The notes below the pieces were generated by a model. It did not search any database, was not told the origin of the DNA, and saw nothing but the letters and a program-made list of their open reading frames with translations. 64,000 bases of DNA from assembly GCA_043747615.1 (NCBI GenBank), contig JAYTOU010000046.1, positions 32,001 through 96,000 of the forward strand, read 5' to 3'. The DNA is from Myxococcales bacterium (GTDB taxonomy: Bacteria; Myxococcota_A; Polyangia; Polyangiales; Polyangiaceae). Shown piece after piece: positions 41,623 to 52,157 of the stretch. A program made the translations under genes and the position numbers. Position 1 is the stretch's first letter. Every line of letters begins with the position of its first letter.

Positions 41623-43608
41623 TCAGTGCGTCGCCAGGTTGACGATGTCCTGGATGGCCGCGCGTGGGACTTTCGCGGCGAGGATCACCGACCCAGCGCC
41701 GCCTGGCGAGGGCGCCTGCGCGACGAACGAGAACGGCACCGGAGTCGCCCCTTGCTGCGGCGAAGCGGCGAGGGTGCCGAATGGATCGCGAAAGTGCAGC
41801 GTCGGTTTCTCGAGGGCGTAGCCGAGCGCGCCGCCAGAGACTACGCCGCGGACGCTGAAGAAGCCGCCCGAGCTCATCTTCGCGCTTCGCAGATCGTCGA
41901 GCCCATCGCGCCGAGCGAGGGTGGTTGCGTCGGTGGTCGTCGAGAGCGCGACCTTCACCTTGGATGCGGCGAGCGCTTCATCGGCGCCCATCGCAATCCA
42001 CGTGCGCCCCGCGTCGGGCACGATGAGCACGTGCAGCTTGAGGGGTTTCGCGAGCTTCGGCTTCGCGGAAGGCGTGCCTTTTTTCGTGATAACCGGCGGC
42101 TCCGACGGATCGGCGCCCATCTCGTGGGTCACGGTGAGCACGAGGTGCAGGCTGTCCTTGGGGAGAACAATCTCCTTGGAAATAGGCTGCATTCGGAGTG
42201 TCGCGGGTGCGCCTTCCTTCGTCTTGTCTTTGAGCAACTTGGTCATCCCCGGACGATTCCACACCGTGACCCACTCTTTGGCGACGCTCCCGACCTTGGC
42301 GATCGGCTCGTCGAGACCAACCATGCTCCAGCCAGCGAATTGTTCGAGAGCGGCGCGCTCGGCGACCTCCCTGGAAGCGGCCTTGGCCGACTTCGCGTCG
42401 GTCGACGCCTTCTGCACGGCAGCCCAGTCGACCCCTTTGGCGTAGACGGCGGGCGCGGAGGTGAGCGCGAGCCAGTCCTTTACGGCATCGCCGACCGCGC
42501 GCTTGTCGGCGGCAGCGACGCCCTCTTTGTCGAGGCTTCGGTTGACGGCTTCGATGATGAGATCGCGCGGGTGCTCGATTTCCTTCGCGTCGATTCCACG
42601 CGAGAAAAAGGCCGTGTCCGCGTCTACGGGCAGATGCCAGAAGGTAGCCGGAGGGGCGTCTGCGCGTTCGGGGTGGCTGGTGGCGATGCGCGCCATGACA
42701 GACTGTGATCCGCTGAACGAGGCGCTGATGATCCCGGTTGCGGAGGGATCGCTGAGCGTCGCGTCGACAGAGACCTTGTCGATGTCGAGGGCGAGGTCGA
42801 CGCCGTCGCCTACGAGCGCGCCGAGGATGTCGCTGAACGCCGAGCTTCCCGCTTGCGATCCGAGCGCGCTGCGGACGAGCATCGGCAACATCGCTCTTCC
42901 TTGCGTGACCATCGGCTTCACTGGCTCGAGCTTCACGTCGATGTGGATGTCGGAGGGAAAGTTCGCGCGCGTAGCGGTGCGAGCGAGGTACGGCGCTAAG
43001 AGAAGGAGGGCGCTGTCTGTCCCTCCGCATACCAGGCGCGTTGCCGCTGAACCGAATGCGGGAATGAGCTCGCACTTGCGAGCGTCATCGCCTTCGTCTT
43101 CCTCGTCGCCGCGGTCACGCTTGTCGTGCTTCAACTCCTCGAGCTTCAGGATGCCGCCGGAGCTCGCCGTCATTTTGAAGCGCTCGGAGAGAGCCTTCTT
43201 CGCCTCCTCGAGCGAGACGACCGCGACCGAGATGGCGTAGATCGGCTTCACGCTCTTGCCGTGCGGGTCGGAGGCGACGGCCACACTGATCGATTTTTCA
43301 AGGTCGATCGCGCGTCCGATGGTGGACCCGGTGAGGAGCTCGGCGGCTTCGTCGGCGGCGGGCATCGGCATGTTCGTCCAGCCGCCCACCACGCGGAGCG
43401 CCTGCGCAGGCTTGGCCACGTTGGCGAACATGAGGAGCGTCGGCGGCTCAGGAACGGCGCTGACGTCGGCCGGGACCGCAGCTACCGTCGCGGGTTTCGC
43501 GGGAGTAGCGACCGGCAGGGCAGTGGCCTCCGGAGGCGGAGATCCGCCGCACGCAATTCCAGAGCACAAAACGGACGCGAAAAAGAAAATCGGAGGGCGT
43601 GCTTTCAT
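41623..43608 (-). CDS. Large lipoprotein, unknown function
   Basis: Lipobox GIAC followed by GGSPPP; 661 aa. Confidence 0.78.
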   Translation of the reverse strand: MKARPPIFFFASVLCSGIACGGSPPPEATALPVATPAKPATVAAVPADVSAVPEPPTLLMFANVAKPAQALRVVGGWTNMPMPAADEAAELLTGSTIGRAIDLEKSISVAVASDPHGKSVKPIYAISVAVVSLEEAKKALSERFKMTASSGGILKLEELKHDKRDRGDEEDEGDDARKCELIPAFGSAATRLVCGGTDSALLLLAPYLARTATRANFPSDIHIDVKLEPVKPMVTQGRAMLPMLVRSALGSQAGSSAFSDILGALVGDGVDLALDIDKVSVDATLSDPSATGIISASFSGSQSVMARIATSHPERADAPPATFWHLPVDADTAFFSRGIDAKEIEHPRDLIIEAVNRSLDKEGVAAADKRAVGDAVKDWLALTSAPAVYAKGVDWAAVQKASTDAKSAKAASREVAERAALEQFAGWSMVGLDEPIAKVGSVAKEWVTVWNRPGMTKLLKDKTKEGAPATLRMQPISKEIVLPKDSLHLVLTVTHEMGADPSEPPVITKKGTPSAKPKLAKPLKLHVLIVPDAGRTWIAMGADEALAASKVKVALSTTTDATTLARRDGLDDLRSAKMSSGGFFSVRGVVSGGALGYALEKPTLHFRDPFGTLAASPQQGATPVPFSFVAQAPSPGGAGSVILAAKVPRAAIQDIVNLATH

Positions 43609-43700
43609 GTGGGCGAGGGAGAATACGTCAGCGGGAACGCCAAGCGCTACGAGTCAATCTAGTAACCGCGCCAGCGCTGTGGTTGATCCGACTCAGCAGC

Positions 43701-45776
43701 ATGGCCTCTCCCTTTCCCCTCAATCCCGCCCAGAGGGACGCCGTCGAACACCAAGTGGGACCGCTCCTCATCCTTGCCGGCGCAGGCTCGGGAAAAACGC
43801 GCGTCATCACACAGCGGATCGTGCGCCTCATGGAGCGCGGCGTCCCCTCTTCGGCGATCGTGGCCCTCACCTTCACGAACAAAGCCGCCGGTGAGATGGA
43901 GGAGCGCGTCGCTCTCGCCCTCGGCAAGAAGAGAGGCGCGACGACGGGGTTGACCATCTCCACGTTCCACTCTTTCGGGCTGCGCGTCCTCACCCGCGAG
44001 CGCAAGAACGCCGGCGGGCCATTCACCATCTTCGATCAGGGCGACTGCCTCGGCGTCGTAAAGGAAATCTTACGCAACATCGACGCGGGGAAGCGCTTCG
44101 ACGTGCCGGCGATCGCCGCGCGGATCTCTAACGCAAAGAACGCCTTCCTCACGGCAGACGAGCTTCCGGACGACGGCGAAGATCCCTACGAAGAGATCAC
44201 CAAGCTGGTCTACCCACGGTACCAATCGGCGCTCCGCACGTTCTCGGCGTACGACTTCGACGATCTCGTGTGCGAGGTTGCCCGCATCTGGCAAGACCGC
44301 CCGGATGTCCTTGCGCGCTGGCAGGAGCGCTACCAGTACATTCTGGTCGACGAGTACCAGGACACGAACCGCGCGCAGCTGATGCTCATTCGGCACCTCG
44401 CCGAGAAGCACAAAAACATCTGCGTGGTCGGCGACGACGATCAGGCCATTTACGCCTGGCGCGGCGCAGACGTGCGCAACATTCTCGAGTTCGAAGATCA
44501 CTTCCCCGGGGCCAAAGTCGTCAAGCTCGAGCAAAACTACCGTTCGCGCGCGTCGATCATCGAGGTCGCCAACGCGGTCATCGCCAAGCGAACCGACACC
44601 CGTCACCAGAAGCAGCTTTTCACCGAGCGGCCGGGCACCGACAAGCTCGAGCTCATCATCGCGCCGTCTCCCGAGGGGGAAGCGCAACACGTCGCGCGCG
44701 AGCTCAAGAGGCTCATTCGCGACGAGGGAATGCGCGCCAAGAACCTCGCCGTCCTTTACCGCTCGAACGGGCAGGCCAAGGTGCTCGAAGAGGCGCTCCG
44801 CGAGCACGGTATCGTCTACCGCATGGTCGGCGGCCAACAATTTTTTGAACGAAAAGAAGTGAAGGACCTCCTTTCGTATCTCAAGCTCGCCCTCAATCGC
44901 GCCGACGAGATCAGCTTGCGACGGATCATGAATTATCCCGCGCGCGGCATCGGCGAGACGAGCGTGGAACGGCTTGCTCTTCACGCCACGGCGAAGGGAT
45001 GGTCGCTCTGGCAGGGCGTCGAGAGGGTCGACGCGCTCGACGACATCTCCGGGGCGGCGCGCGAGGGCTGCAAGGATCTCGAGCGCATCATTGGCGAAGT
45101 CCGGAAGAAGCTTCTCGTCGAACAGGTGAAAGCCAGCGACGCCACGCGTGAGCTCTGCGAGCGCATCGGCCTCAAGCGCGACATCGACGCGAGCTCCGGT
45201 TCGCCGAAAATTGCCGGAAAGCGCTGGGCCAACGTGGAGAGTCTGTTTCAGACCCTGATGCGCCGCGAGGCCCGCGAGGGCGTGGTCGACGGTAAGAAGG
45301 AAGAGATCGCGCTCTCGAATTTTCTCCATGCGCTGACCCTCAACTTCGACGATGCGGAAGAGACCACCGGCGACGCCGTGACTCTCTCGACGCTCCACGG
45401 ATCAAAGGGCCTCGAGTTCGACGTCGTATTTCTAATCGGGTGCGAAGAAGGGCTCATTCCCCACGCGCGAACCATCGACGCACGAGCAACGGACGACACG
45501 TCCATCGTGCGACTCGGCAGCGATCAAATCGAAGAAGAGCGGCGCCTCTTCTACGTCGGAGTCACGCGCGCTCGAGACACGCTCGTTCTGTCGCGGTGCA
45601 AAGCGCGGGCAATGCGCGGAAAGCCGGTATCGCGGATCCCCAGCCGATTTCTCATGGATCTTCCGGCGGAGTGGATCGTGGAGCGCGAGGTCAAGGACCA
45701 GCCTCCGCTGGACGTGAAAGAGATGGCCGCGAACGGCGACGCCTTCATGGCCATGCTCAACGCGATCGGGAAGTAA
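43701..45776 (+). CDS. UvrD/Rep/PcrA-family DNA helicase
   Basis: LNPAQ, AGAGSGKT, TFTNKAA, VDEYQDTN, VGDDDQAIY, LEQNYRS, TLHGSKGLEF, EERRLFYVGVTRA. Confidence 0.96.
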   Translation: MASPFPLNPAQRDAVEHQVGPLLILAGAGSGKTRVITQRIVRLMERGVPSSAIVALTFTNKAAGEMEERVALALGKKRGATTGLTISTFHSFGLRVLTRERKNAGGPFTIFDQGDCLGVVKEILRNIDAGKRFDVPAIAARISNAKNAFLTADELPDDGEDPYEEITKLVYPRYQSALRTFSAYDFDDLVCEVARIWQDRPDVLARWQERYQYILVDEYQDTNRAQLMLIRHLAEKHKNICVVGDDDQAIYAWRGADVRNILEFEDHFPGAKVVKLEQNYRSRASIIEVANAVIAKRTDTRHQKQLFTERPGTDKLELIIAPSPEGEAQHVARELKRLIRDEGMRAKNLAVLYRSNGQAKVLEEALREHGIVYRMVGGQQFFERKEVKDLLSYLKLALNRADEISLRRIMNYPARGIGETSVERLALHATAKGWSLWQGVERVDALDDISGAAREGCKDLERIIGEVRKKLLVEQVKASDATRELCERIGLKRDIDASSGSPKIAGKRWANVESLFQTLMRREAREGVVDGKKEEIALSNFLHALTLNFDDAEETTGDAVTLSTLHGSKGLEFDVVFLIGCEEGLIPHARTIDARATDDTSIVRLGSDQIEEERRLFYVGVTRARDTLVLSRCKARAMRGKPVSRIPSRFLMDLPAEWIVEREVKDQPPLDVKEMAANGDAFMAMLNAIGK

Positions 45777-45782
45777 CCGCGC

Positions 45783-46679
45783 TTGGTCCCTATTCTCAGC
45801 GAGGTGACGACGACGCTCCTTGCTCTTGCTCTCGTGGCGCTCGCCGGCATCCTCGCCGCAGGTGGAGCGTCGCGACGGACCCTCGCGATCGCCGTCTCGA
45901 GCAGCGTGATTCTCGTGCCTTGGATGGCGGAGACCCGTCTCGTCCGGGCATTCCTGGCGCTCTACTCTCTGGTGAGCCTCGGCAGGGTGATCGATCTCGT
46001 TCGCATGCGAACGTCGTACGCGTGGCCGCGACGCGTGATCCACGCCCTCAGCTTGTTCGACTCGCGGAAGGCCACGCCGGCTCCGCCCACTCTTCCGCGA
46101 TTCGCGGTGACGAGCGTCCTCCTCTACGCGCCCCTGACGCTCCTCGGGCTCTACGTGGTCATTCGGGTGGCGCCCACGATGAGCGAGAAGCTTCGATTCA
46201 TCGTGCGATCAGCGGGAGGACTGGTGTTCATGTACTGCCTGACCGAAACCCTGTACGCCGTGGTGTGGGGCGGCATGCGCGCGATCGGTTTCGCCTTCCC
46301 GCCCCTCCACGTGTCCCCCATTCTTTCGCGGTCGGTGCAGGAGTTCTGGGGCGAGCGCTGGAATCGGACGGTGAACGATTGGCTCCGCACGAATTGTTTC
46401 TTGCCGCTCGCCCGTCGACGCAGGCCGGTGCTCGGCGTCGCCGCGGCCTTCGTGAGCAGCGCTGCCCTGCATGCGTACATGACGATCGTACCGCTCGGAC
46501 TCGAGATGGCAGGCTGGATGACCGCGTATTTTTTGCTCCAGCCGCTACTGATGGGGATCGAACGGCTGCTCGGCGTTGCACGCTGGTCGGCGCCGGCTGC
46601 GCATCTCTGGACCGTGACTGTGATGGTGTTGCCGTCACCACTTTTCGTCGAGCCGCTGCTTCAGATTTTTAGCATCTAG
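45783..46679 (+). CDS. Membrane-bound O-acyltransferase, wax-synthase (MBOAT_2) type
   Basis: Multi-TM; SPILSRSVQEFWGERWN, FVSSAALH. Confidence 0.82.
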   Translation: MVPILSEVTTTLLALALVALAGILAAGGASRRTLAIAVSSSVILVPWMAETRLVRAFLALYSLVSLGRVIDLVRMRTSYAWPRRVIHALSLFDSRKATPAPPTLPRFAVTSVLLYAPLTLLGLYVVIRVAPTMSEKLRFIVRSAGGLVFMYCLTETLYAVVWGGMRAIGFAFPPLHVSPILSRSVQEFWGERWNRTVNDWLRTNCFLPLARRRRPVLGVAAAFVSSAALHAYMTIVPLGLEMAGWMTAYFLLQPLLMGIERLLGVARWSAPAAHLWTVTVMVLPSPLFVEPLLQIFSI

Positions 46680-47869
46680 GCGCCGGAGCCGAGGGCCTGA
46701 TCGAGATCGGCGATGAGATCGCTGGTCTCCTCGATCCCCACGGCGAGCCGAACCAGACCCTCGTCGATTCCAATTTTTGCCCGCTCCTCCGGCGTCAGCT
46801 CGAAGAAGCTCATGAGCGTCGGAGGTTCGATGAGCGTCTCCACGCCGCCGAGCGATGGAGCGATCTTCGCAAGCTTCGTACGGTCGGTCACCTGCCGCGC
46901 CGCCTCGAGCCCGCCGTGGACGATGAAGCTCACCACGCCGCCGAAGCCCGCCATTTGCCGCGTGGCGACGGCATGATCGGGGTGCGACGCGAGGCCCGGA
47001 TAGAACACGCGCTTGATGCCTGGGTGTTTTTCGAGATGCTCGGCGATGGCCTGTGCCGAGGCGTTTTGCCGAGCCACCCGGAGGCCGAGGGTCTTCATTC
47101 CACGCCCCACGAGGAACGCGGCGTGGGGGTCGCAGACTCCACCGAGGACGTCGCGCATCTCGGCGACCATCTCGATGAGAGCGCGAGGACCCGACACGAC
47201 GCCGGCGAGGACGTCGTTGTGCCCGGCGAGGTACTTGGTAGCGCTGTGGATCACGAGGTCGACGCCGAACGAAGCGGGGCGGCAGTTGATGGGGGTGGCG
47301 AAGGTGGCGTCGATGATCGATTTGACGCTGCGATGCTCCTTGCAGATGGCCGCCAGGCGTTCGAGGTCGACGCACGAGAGATACGGATTGGTCGGAGATT
47401 CACTCACCACCAAGCGTGTTTTTGGCTGGATCGCTTCGGCCAGCCCATCGAGATCGCCGGCGTCGAGCAGTGTGTATTCTACACCGAATCGCGGAAGAAT
47501 GCTGGTGACGAACTCGCGCGTCATGCGATAGCCGTCCTTGAAGAAGACGACGTGCTGTCCGGCTTTGACCAAGGCGAGAATCGTGGTTGTCACCGCCGCC
47601 ATCCCGCTCGCGAAGAGGAGCGCCTCCTCGGTACCTTCGAGCGCCGCGATCCGGTGCTCCACGCTCCGGCACGTGGGATTTCCGTAGCGGCCGTACTCGT
47701 CGCGCTCGCGGGGGTGACTCCCGTCATTCAGCGAGATGAGCTCGTCGGTGCTCTCGAACGTGAAGGTGGCCGTCTGCACGATAGGGCACGGCACCGCATC
47801 GAACGGCCTATTTTGCGTCTCCCCGGCGTGCACGGCATCGGTCGACGTCGGTAGTTTTTTGTTGCTCAA
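46676..47869 (-). CDS. metB: Cystathionine gamma-synthase family PLP enzyme
   Basis: YGRYGNPT, FASGMAA, ESPTNP, DATFATP, HSATKYLAGHND, SLGGVETL, RLAVGIE. Confidence 0.85.
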   Translation of the reverse strand: MSNKKLPTSTDAVHAGETQNRPFDAVPCPIVQTATFTFESTDELISLNDGSHPRERDEYGRYGNPTCRSVEHRIAALEGTEEALLFASGMAAVTTTILALVKAGQHVVFFKDGYRMTREFVTSILPRFGVEYTLLDAGDLDGLAEAIQPKTRLVVSESPTNPYLSCVDLERLAAICKEHRSVKSIIDATFATPINCRPASFGVDLVIHSATKYLAGHNDVLAGVVSGPRALIEMVAEMRDVLGGVCDPHAAFLVGRGMKTLGLRVARQNASAQAIAEHLEKHPGIKRVFYPGLASHPDHAVATRQMAGFGGVVSFIVHGGLEAARQVTDRTKLAKIAPSLGGVETLIEPPTLMSFFELTPEERAKIGIDEGLVRLAVGIEETSDLIADLDQALGSGA

Positions 47870-48576
47870 CCTTCGGCCTCCGGTGCCACGAACGGCACGA
47901 CCGCTTCGGCAACCTTCCGCCGCGAGCGAAGAAAATAGTGATCGCTTCCTTCGAAGACCTGGACGCTCGCTCCGATCGTGCTTCCAAGCAACCGCGCTTC
48001 CTCAACGTCGCAGAACTCGTCGGCATCGCCTACGTAGATGGCGATTTTTCCGCCCAGGGACGCGGCGTCCTCCGTCACGAAGTCGAAGATGCGGACGGCA
48101 GGAGCAACCAGCGCCACGCGCTCGACGCCGCGCTCGATGGCCGCCGCGCGGAGCCCCACCCATGTGCCGAACGAATAGCCGCACACGCTCAGTCGTGCGT
48201 CGGGGGCGTGCGCGCGCAGAAAACGCAGAGCGGCGCGGGCGTCAAACGTCTCTCCGAGTCCGTCGCCGTATGATCCCTCGCTGGCGCCGACCCCGCGGTA
48301 ATTGAAGCGCAGCGTTGCCACAGTTTTTTCACCGCGCTCGGCGAGCACTTTGGCGATCGCCAGCGGCACCGCGCTGTGCATCGTTCCCCCGTAGAGCGGA
48401 TGAGGATGGCAGAGAAGGACGGCGCGGACGGCTCCCTTCGGCGCGCGGATCCGGCCTTCGAGCGAGGGCTCACCGGCGAAGCCTTCGATGGTAACGCGCT
48501 CCTCTCCCGTTACGATCGCGGGCGGCGATAGCTCGGGATGCTCGGGCGGCGGAGGAAGCTCGTGTGTTCGCGGCAT
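47866..48576 (-). CDS. Alpha/beta hydrolase
   Basis: HPHPLYGGTM, LRFNYRGVG, GYSFG nucleophile, D and H of the triad (GDADEF, GSDHYF). Confidence 0.92.
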   Translation of the reverse strand: MPRTHELPPPPEHPELSPPAIVTGEERVTIEGFAGEPSLEGRIRAPKGAVRAVLLCHPHPLYGGTMHSAVPLAIAKVLAERGEKTVATLRFNYRGVGASEGSYGDGLGETFDARAALRFLRAHAPDARLSVCGYSFGTWVGLRAAAIERGVERVALVAPAVRIFDFVTEDAASLGGKIAIYVGDADEFCDVEEARLLGSTIGASVQVFEGSDHYFLRSRRKVAEAVVPFVAPEAEG

Positions 48577-48583
48577 GAATGAT

Positions 48584-50302
48584 TTAGGCGAGCGCCGCCC
48601 GAACACGCTCTTCGATGCGGCTCGCCGCCTCGGCGACGGGAAGGAGCTCCGCCTTCTTGGGATCGCTCTCGGTACGCGGCTTCAGCTCGAAATTGCCGGC
48701 CGCGAGCCCCTTGCCGCCCACGGTGACCCGCAGAGGAATTCCAACGAGGTCGGCGTCTTTGAACTTCACTCCCGGGCGCTCGTCGCGATCGTCCCAGAGG
48801 ACTTCGACGCCGCGGGCCTGGAGATCTTCGTAAAGTTTTTTCGCCGCTTCGATGACGGCGGCGTCTTTGCCGAGCGAGCAGATGTGCACCTGGTAGGGAG
48901 CGATGCTCATGGGCCAGAGCATGCCGTCGGCGTCGTTGTGCTGTTCGATCGCCGTCGCCACCAAGCGGGACACGCCGATGCCGTAGCAGCCCATGACGAG
49001 CGCCTTTTTTTGCTGCGCTTCGTCGAGGAAGGTGGCTCCCATCTTCTCGGAGTAGTGGGTGCCGAGGATGAAGATGTGACCGGCCTCGATGCCTTTGTAG
49101 GACACGAGCTTTCCGTTCGCGCAGTTCGCGCATGCGTCTCCCGTCGAGGCGAGACGGACGTCGACCACCTCGCCCTGGTAGTCCCGCCCGTAGGTGACGC
49201 CGGTGACGTGGTGGTCGGTATCGTTCGCGCCGGTGATGCCGTTCTGTACGAGCGACGCTGCGCGATCGACGAGAATGCGCCCCTTGAACCCGACCGGACC
49301 TGCGAACCCCACGCCTGCGCCGGTGGCCCGACGAACCTCGGCTTCGCCTGCAAGAAAAACTTCTCCGGTGCCGAGAGCGCGGGCGAGGCGGATCTCATTC
49401 ACCTCGTGATCGCCGCGAACGACGACCATCATCGTGACTTTGTCGACCGTGTACAGGAGCGACTTCAGCATCTTCTGGGGCGTTGTCTTCAGGAACGCGA
49501 CGACGTCAGCGATGGAACCATGGCCAGGCGTGTGTACCTTCGCGACGTTCGCGGGGCTCTCCGGCACGCTCGATTCCTCGCCTGCGCGCACGGTCGCCAC
49601 TTCCACGTTGGCCGCGTACTCGCACGCATCGCAAGCCACGATGGCGTCTTCGCCCGACTCAGCAAGGACCTGAAACTCCGCGCTGGTCGAGCCTCCCATG
49701 GCCCCGGAGTCCGCCGCAACGAGGCGGTAGGTGAGCCCGATGCGATCGAAGATTCGCGTGTAGGCCACACGCATTTGTTCGTAGCTCGCCTTGGCTGCGT
49801 CTTCGCTGACGTCGAAGGAGTAAGCGTCTTTCATCATGAATTCCCGGCAGCGCAGCAGCCCTCCACGGGGCCGCGGCTCGTCCCGAAATTTCGTTTGGAT
49901 CTGGTAGAGATTCTTCGGCAGATCCCGGTAGCTCTTGATCTCGCGCCGCGCGATGTCGGTGACGATTTCTTCGTGGGTCGGGCCGAGGTGAAAGTCGGCG
50001 CCCTTGCGATCCTTCAGGCGAAAGAGGGTGTCACCGAAGCGGTCCCAGCGCTCGGTCTCCTTGAAGTACTCAGCGGGGAGAAGCGCCGGCATCAGGATCT
50101 CCTGCGCGCCCGCGCGATCCATCTCTTTGCGGACGATGCCCGCAACCTTCTGGAGCACGCGCAGACCGAACGGCAGGTAGTCGTACATACCCGCCCCCAC
50201 GCGACGGATGAACCCCGCCCGCGTGAGCAGGATGTGGCTCACGTTGGTGGCGTCGGAGGGAGCTTCTTTGACCGTGGGAAGGAGGGCGCGCGTGACGAGC
50301 AT
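48584..50302 (-). CDS. proS: Prolyl-tRNA synthetase
   Basis: LGPTHEE, YQIQTKFRDEPRPRGGLLRCREFMMKDAYSF, editing insertion, MGCYGIGVSR, anticodon domain. Confidence 0.98.
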   Translation of the reverse strand: MLVTRALLPTVKEAPSDATNVSHILLTRAGFIRRVGAGMYDYLPFGLRVLQKVAGIVRKEMDRAGAQEILMPALLPAEYFKETERWDRFGDTLFRLKDRKGADFHLGPTHEEIVTDIARREIKSYRDLPKNLYQIQTKFRDEPRPRGGLLRCREFMMKDAYSFDVSEDAAKASYEQMRVAYTRIFDRIGLTYRLVAADSGAMGGSTSAEFQVLAESGEDAIVACDACEYAANVEVATVRAGEESSVPESPANVAKVHTPGHGSIADVVAFLKTTPQKMLKSLLYTVDKVTMMVVVRGDHEVNEIRLARALGTGEVFLAGEAEVRRATGAGVGFAGPVGFKGRILVDRAASLVQNGITGANDTDHHVTGVTYGRDYQGEVVDVRLASTGDACANCANGKLVSYKGIEAGHIFILGTHYSEKMGATFLDEAQQKKALVMGCYGIGVSRLVATAIEQHNDADGMLWPMSIAPYQVHICSLGKDAAVIEAAKKLYEDLQARGVEVLWDDRDERPGVKFKDADLVGIPLRVTVGGKGLAAGNFELKPRTESDPKKAELLPVAEAASRIEERVRAALA

Positions 50303-50367
50303 TTACCGAGGGACTTACCATTTCCCCGTGGAAACCACCGTGACCAATTCGCCCGAACGACCGGTAG

Positions 50368-52143
50368 CTACGGAAACATCTCCCGCTCGACGAGTCCCGG
50401 GGCGATGGTGCCGTGCGAGAGGAGCTCGGTGTGAAAGCGCTTGAGCGAGTACTTCTCCTTTTCCTTCGTCTTATAGCGCTCGCGGAAGCGAAAGATCATT
50501 TCTCGTCCGACGATGTACGCGAGAGGCTGGGTCGGTGAGGCCGTGTAACGGCGGGCCTCGTTGAGCGCGAGGGTGCGCTCGAGGTGGACCTCGTCGGTGA
50601 GCATCTTCACGGCCTGATCGTAGGTCATTCCTCGCGTGTGAAGCGAAACGTCGAGGATCACGCGTGCGGCCCGAACCAGCGTCCATTGCAGCTGCATGAG
50701 GCGCTCTTCGTCGGTGTAGTAGCCGAGCTCGGAGAGCACCTCCTCGGAGTAGAGCGCCCAGCCTTCCGAGAAGATCGCCGGACCGGTCGCCTTGCGAATG
50801 ACCGAGGGATGCATGCGCGCAAACGAGAGCTGGAGGTGATGCCCCGGATAGGCTTCGTGGACCGCGGTGTTGACGAGGTCACCGTGGTCGTCCTCGCGGA
50901 GCATCTCCTCCTGTTTGGCCTTGGAGAGGTTGCGATCGACGGGAGTGACGAAGAAAAATCCTTGGGTGTTCTTGTCGAAGGGGGGCGGCGCGTCGTACGC
51001 GGCGGAGCCGATGGTGCTGCGCTGGAAGGTCGGCGTGTCCATCACCCGAAGATCGTCGCCCGCGGGAAACGCGATAGCGTCTTTGGCGATCAAGAAGGCC
51101 TTCGCGCGCGTTACCTCCTTGCGGTACGCCGCGAGGACGTCGTCGGCCGTCGGATGATTTTTCTTCAGCTTGCCAATCACCTCGCCCCAGCTCTTTGCCG
51201 TCGGGTCGATGCGCTTGGCGACGTCCGTCATTTGGGCGCTGGTGTCTGCGAAGATCTTTTTGCCGATGGCGAGAAGCGCGTCGGAGTCTTCGGCGAGGAA
51301 GTAGTCCTCGTGCACGAGGAACTCGAAATAGGCTTTCCCCGCCGCGAAATCGCCGCTGGAGCGCGGGAGCACCTCCTTCGTCAGAAACGCTTTGTAATCC
51401 GCGTAGGCGTCGGTCGCCGTTTTCAGCGCCGCGGCGACGCGGGCTTTGTCCGCTGGAAGCGCGGTCTCGAGCGGAGCACGCTGCTCGTCGAAAAACCCCT
51501 TAGCGCCGGCAGCCGACTCGATGGCGATCTGGGTCCACAGGCGCGGCGGGTTCTTCAGATTGGCCTTCGCCGCCGCGATCACCGTCGGGATCTTCTCGAG
51601 TCGCGCGAGCACGTTCTTTGCGCGCTCCCCGGCCGGCGCATAGTCGCGTGAGGTCATCATGAAGATGGCGGTCATCGGCGCGTTGTAGATGTCCGGCTGC
51701 GTCTCGTGCGGGCGGAGATCCCGCCGGGTGCGCACGTCGACCGCTAGGGTGTGCGTGAGAATGTCGAGATCGGTCTGGGCTGCGCGCGACGCGTGGGGGC
51801 TCGAGAATCGCGCTTTCAGACCGACGAGCATTTTCTCTTCGCTTGCGGTAGCAAGCTCGTAGCCATCGTGGCTTCGGTCTTCGAGCTCCGTGTCGCGGGT
51901 GTGCATTCCGAGAATCGTGGCCCGCTCGGGAAACATCGTGGCCTGGAGATCGACGTACGCCTGACACGCCTCGGCGATCGCCGCATCGTCCGACGGAACC
52001 GCAGGGGCCGCGACCGGCGGCATCACCGTCGCAACGTGACTCGGTGCCGGGATCGGAGCGAGCGTCGGCGCGGACGGAGGCGGGCTGCCACCGCACGAGA
52101 GCATGAGCATCAACGGCGCGAGGACAACGTTACGAAGGCGCAT
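50368..52143 (-). CDS. DUF885-family lipoprotein (putative metallopeptidase fold)
   Basis: Lipobox MLSC; HEAYPGHHLQ, EGWALYSE, RYTASPTQPLAY. Confidence 0.9.
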   Translation of the reverse strand: MRLRNVVLAPLMLMLSCGGSPPPSAPTLAPIPAPSHVATVMPPVAAPAVPSDDAAIAEACQAYVDLQATMFPERATILGMHTRDTELEDRSHDGYELATASEEKMLVGLKARFSSPHASRAAQTDLDILTHTLAVDVRTRRDLRPHETQPDIYNAPMTAIFMMTSRDYAPAGERAKNVLARLEKIPTVIAAAKANLKNPPRLWTQIAIESAAGAKGFFDEQRAPLETALPADKARVAAALKTATDAYADYKAFLTKEVLPRSSGDFAAGKAYFEFLVHEDYFLAEDSDALLAIGKKIFADTSAQMTDVAKRIDPTAKSWGEVIGKLKKNHPTADDVLAAYRKEVTRAKAFLIAKDAIAFPAGDDLRVMDTPTFQRSTIGSAAYDAPPPFDKNTQGFFFVTPVDRNLSKAKQEEMLREDDHGDLVNTAVHEAYPGHHLQLSFARMHPSVIRKATGPAIFSEGWALYSEEVLSELGYYTDEERLMQLQWTLVRAARVILDVSLHTRGMTYDQAVKMLTDEVHLERTLALNEARRYTASPTQPLAYIVGREMIFRFRERYKTKEKEKYSLKRFHTELLSHGTIAPGLVEREMFP

Positions 52144-52157
52144 GGATGCCTTTTACA

